Below are positions 62,801 to 64,000 of a DNA stretch of 64,000 bases, one piece after another. Source of the stretch: Trichoplax adhaerens. Lineage: Eukaryota; Animalia; Placozoa. The translations under genes were made by a program, and so were the position numbers. The notes beneath the pieces were generated by a model, which saw only the letters and a list, made by a program, of their open reading frames with translations, was not told where the DNA came from and ran no database searches. Numbering within the stretch: the first letter of the stretch is position 1; the number at the start of each line of letters is the position of its first letter. The DNA is taken from contig NW_002060966.1 of the NCBI RefSeq assembly GCF_000150275.1, forward strand, positions 262,415 through 326,414, given 5' to 3'.

Positions 62801-64000
62801 AAGCTCGAATTTTCTAACGTTTGAGATTACTTTTGCCAAATTTTTCCGCATATTCATAATGATAACATTGCGTCTGTGCAAATTGCAGCATTTAATATCG
62901 CATCAGATTTGTTGTTTTATCTTTATCGTGCAATATAATGCCATTTTCAAATTAGCTATTATTTTTAGAATTAATCAGCGCTATTCTTACAATTATCTTA
63001 TTTCTTTTATTTCGTATGTGCATGCAGTTCTAGTCTTTTCAAGAAATTTTAGCTAATAATTTCAACATCGTTGATAACACAATTTCATGTTGCAGACCTA
63101 TAAACGTGGGTCAGTTGAGATCTATTTTGTTTTAAACCAGGAATCTATCCAGAAATTACTTTCTTATGTATATAGAACCTCATGCTTTTGGTAATTTGCA
63201 CTCGTTATTAGTGCTGTAAGTACCTAAAATATATAAGCAAAGTCTTTTATTACTATTACTCGATTACTATTAATTTCGTTCTTTTTGAATTGTGTACAGG
63301 GATTTGCACGATTGCCTTAATATTAAAGAGAGTATCGAAGCTATCTTGGGCTCTAAATTACTTCATCTAACTAAACTGTAAGCTGATCACCCTCATTTTT
63401 ATATTATTTCAAAGTTTAAAAATTCAAATTAGAACTGGTTGATTGATAGAAATATGGCTCATACTGGACTATCCAAAATAAGTGAATATCAGTTTGAAAA
63501 TTTCAGTTCCCTCATCGAACTGTAAGTAATTCTATATTAGTATTCTTAAAATTGAAAAAAATCGATAATGATTTATTAAATAAAATAAATGTCAGATAAA
63601 GCATCTACTTAATTCTTGCTATTATATGGAATAACTATAATGGTTTATTGAATTTATATACAATTACCGATGACACAAACAAAAAGATGTAGATTTGAAT
63701 CAATTGATATGACATTCTGATTAGTAAATGATATAGTTATTAGTACTTATTATCTTTATGCGATCGAGTAAATTTCTAGTATCATTTTCTTATATAGCAA
63801 TAATGTTAGTAACAGCATTTATAAAATTTATGGAGTATACTGCTCAAACTATATAGGTAAAGATGATAGTTACATACTTAGAATTAATGCCAACGATAAA
63901 GATAGATGTCTATAATTCAAGATGTACAGATTGATTAAAACAAATACAAAAAAATACCGAGCAAGTTATCTAGTACAATAATTCTTTGCTGGTTATCGCA
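47813..64000 (+). CDS. Secreted/membrane receptor ectodomain: signal peptide-SRCR-EGF-divergent SRCR-EGF-EGF-SRCR-LRRNT-at least 18 LRRs (3' end outside window; probable LGR-type LRR-GPCR)
   Basis: Signal exon 47813-47879 MWLKLLILGFSTFLISKSEFLT (phase 1) joins 53667 ([42 protein letters not shown]..E..ILEC). EGF exons at about 54665-54778, 56763-56879 and 57101-57221; SRCR-like at 55981-56334; SRCR at 57450-57821; LRRNT CPPHCTC at 57911. Eighteen 66-78 nt phase-2 LRR exons follow between 58277 and 63521 (e.g. DLKDNLIDYINPDAFQGMTGLNKL). Confidence 0.9.
49700..49890. repeat. Two degenerate ~55 bp direct repeats ~137 bp apart in intron 1 of the SRCR-LRR gene
   Basis: GGAGATATTGAGTGTATTTAAATTAACGCTTAAGTTT vs GGAGATGCTGAGTGTACTTAAATTTACGCCTAAGTTT. 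Confidence 0.7.
53110..53470. repeat. About 3 degenerate ~135 bp tandem repeats
   Basis: CATTAAATGAT recurs at about 53115, 53246 and 53386, the last two followed by ..CATT..ATAATTTA. Confidence 0.55.
53964..54206. other. Assembly gap (243 N) at the end of the first SRCR exon
   Basis: N run. Confidence 0.99.
54900..55440. repeat. About 3.3 degenerate ~165 bp tandem repeats in an intron
   Basis: TGAAACAAA..TTGCTTACTTTTAAAGTTTC.AATTT.GCCAA..TAAGTAA recurs at about 55076, 55238 and 55409, with a partial copy at about 54910. Confidence 0.75.

Overview
AT-rich, intron-dense eukaryotic (metazoan) genomic window; the compact GT-AG introns, composition and gene content are consistent with a placozoan (Trichoplax-like) assembly, which is my inference. 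Left to right: (1) a minus-strand gene for a coiled-coil/low-complexity protein with one divergent C2 domain, probably with a ~7.8 kb upstream intron; (2) a complex minisatellite, possibly inside a non-autonomous Helitron-type element, directly upstream of (3) the spliceosomal gene IK/RED (16301-20536 +); (4) a ~14 kb accessory block (20.6-34.7 kb) holding at least 5-6 divergent paralogs/pseudogenes of one multi-pass membrane protein family, with one apparently intact copy (22683-24968 -). Its predicted topology and C-terminal G/C-Y-x(4-5)-Q/D-Y/F motif suggest a divergent gustatory-receptor-like (GRL/7TM ion channel) family with an extra N-terminal two-TM module. The block is interspersed with four Helitron 3' termini and two Helitron PIF1-helicase fragments; (5) WDR19/IFT144 (34836-45231 -); (6) a divergent orphan ORF; (7) a large, incomplete signal peptide-SRCR-EGF-SRCR-like-EGF-EGF-SRCR-LRRNT-LRR(18+) receptor gene running off the right edge. 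All exon structures and alignments were made by eye.
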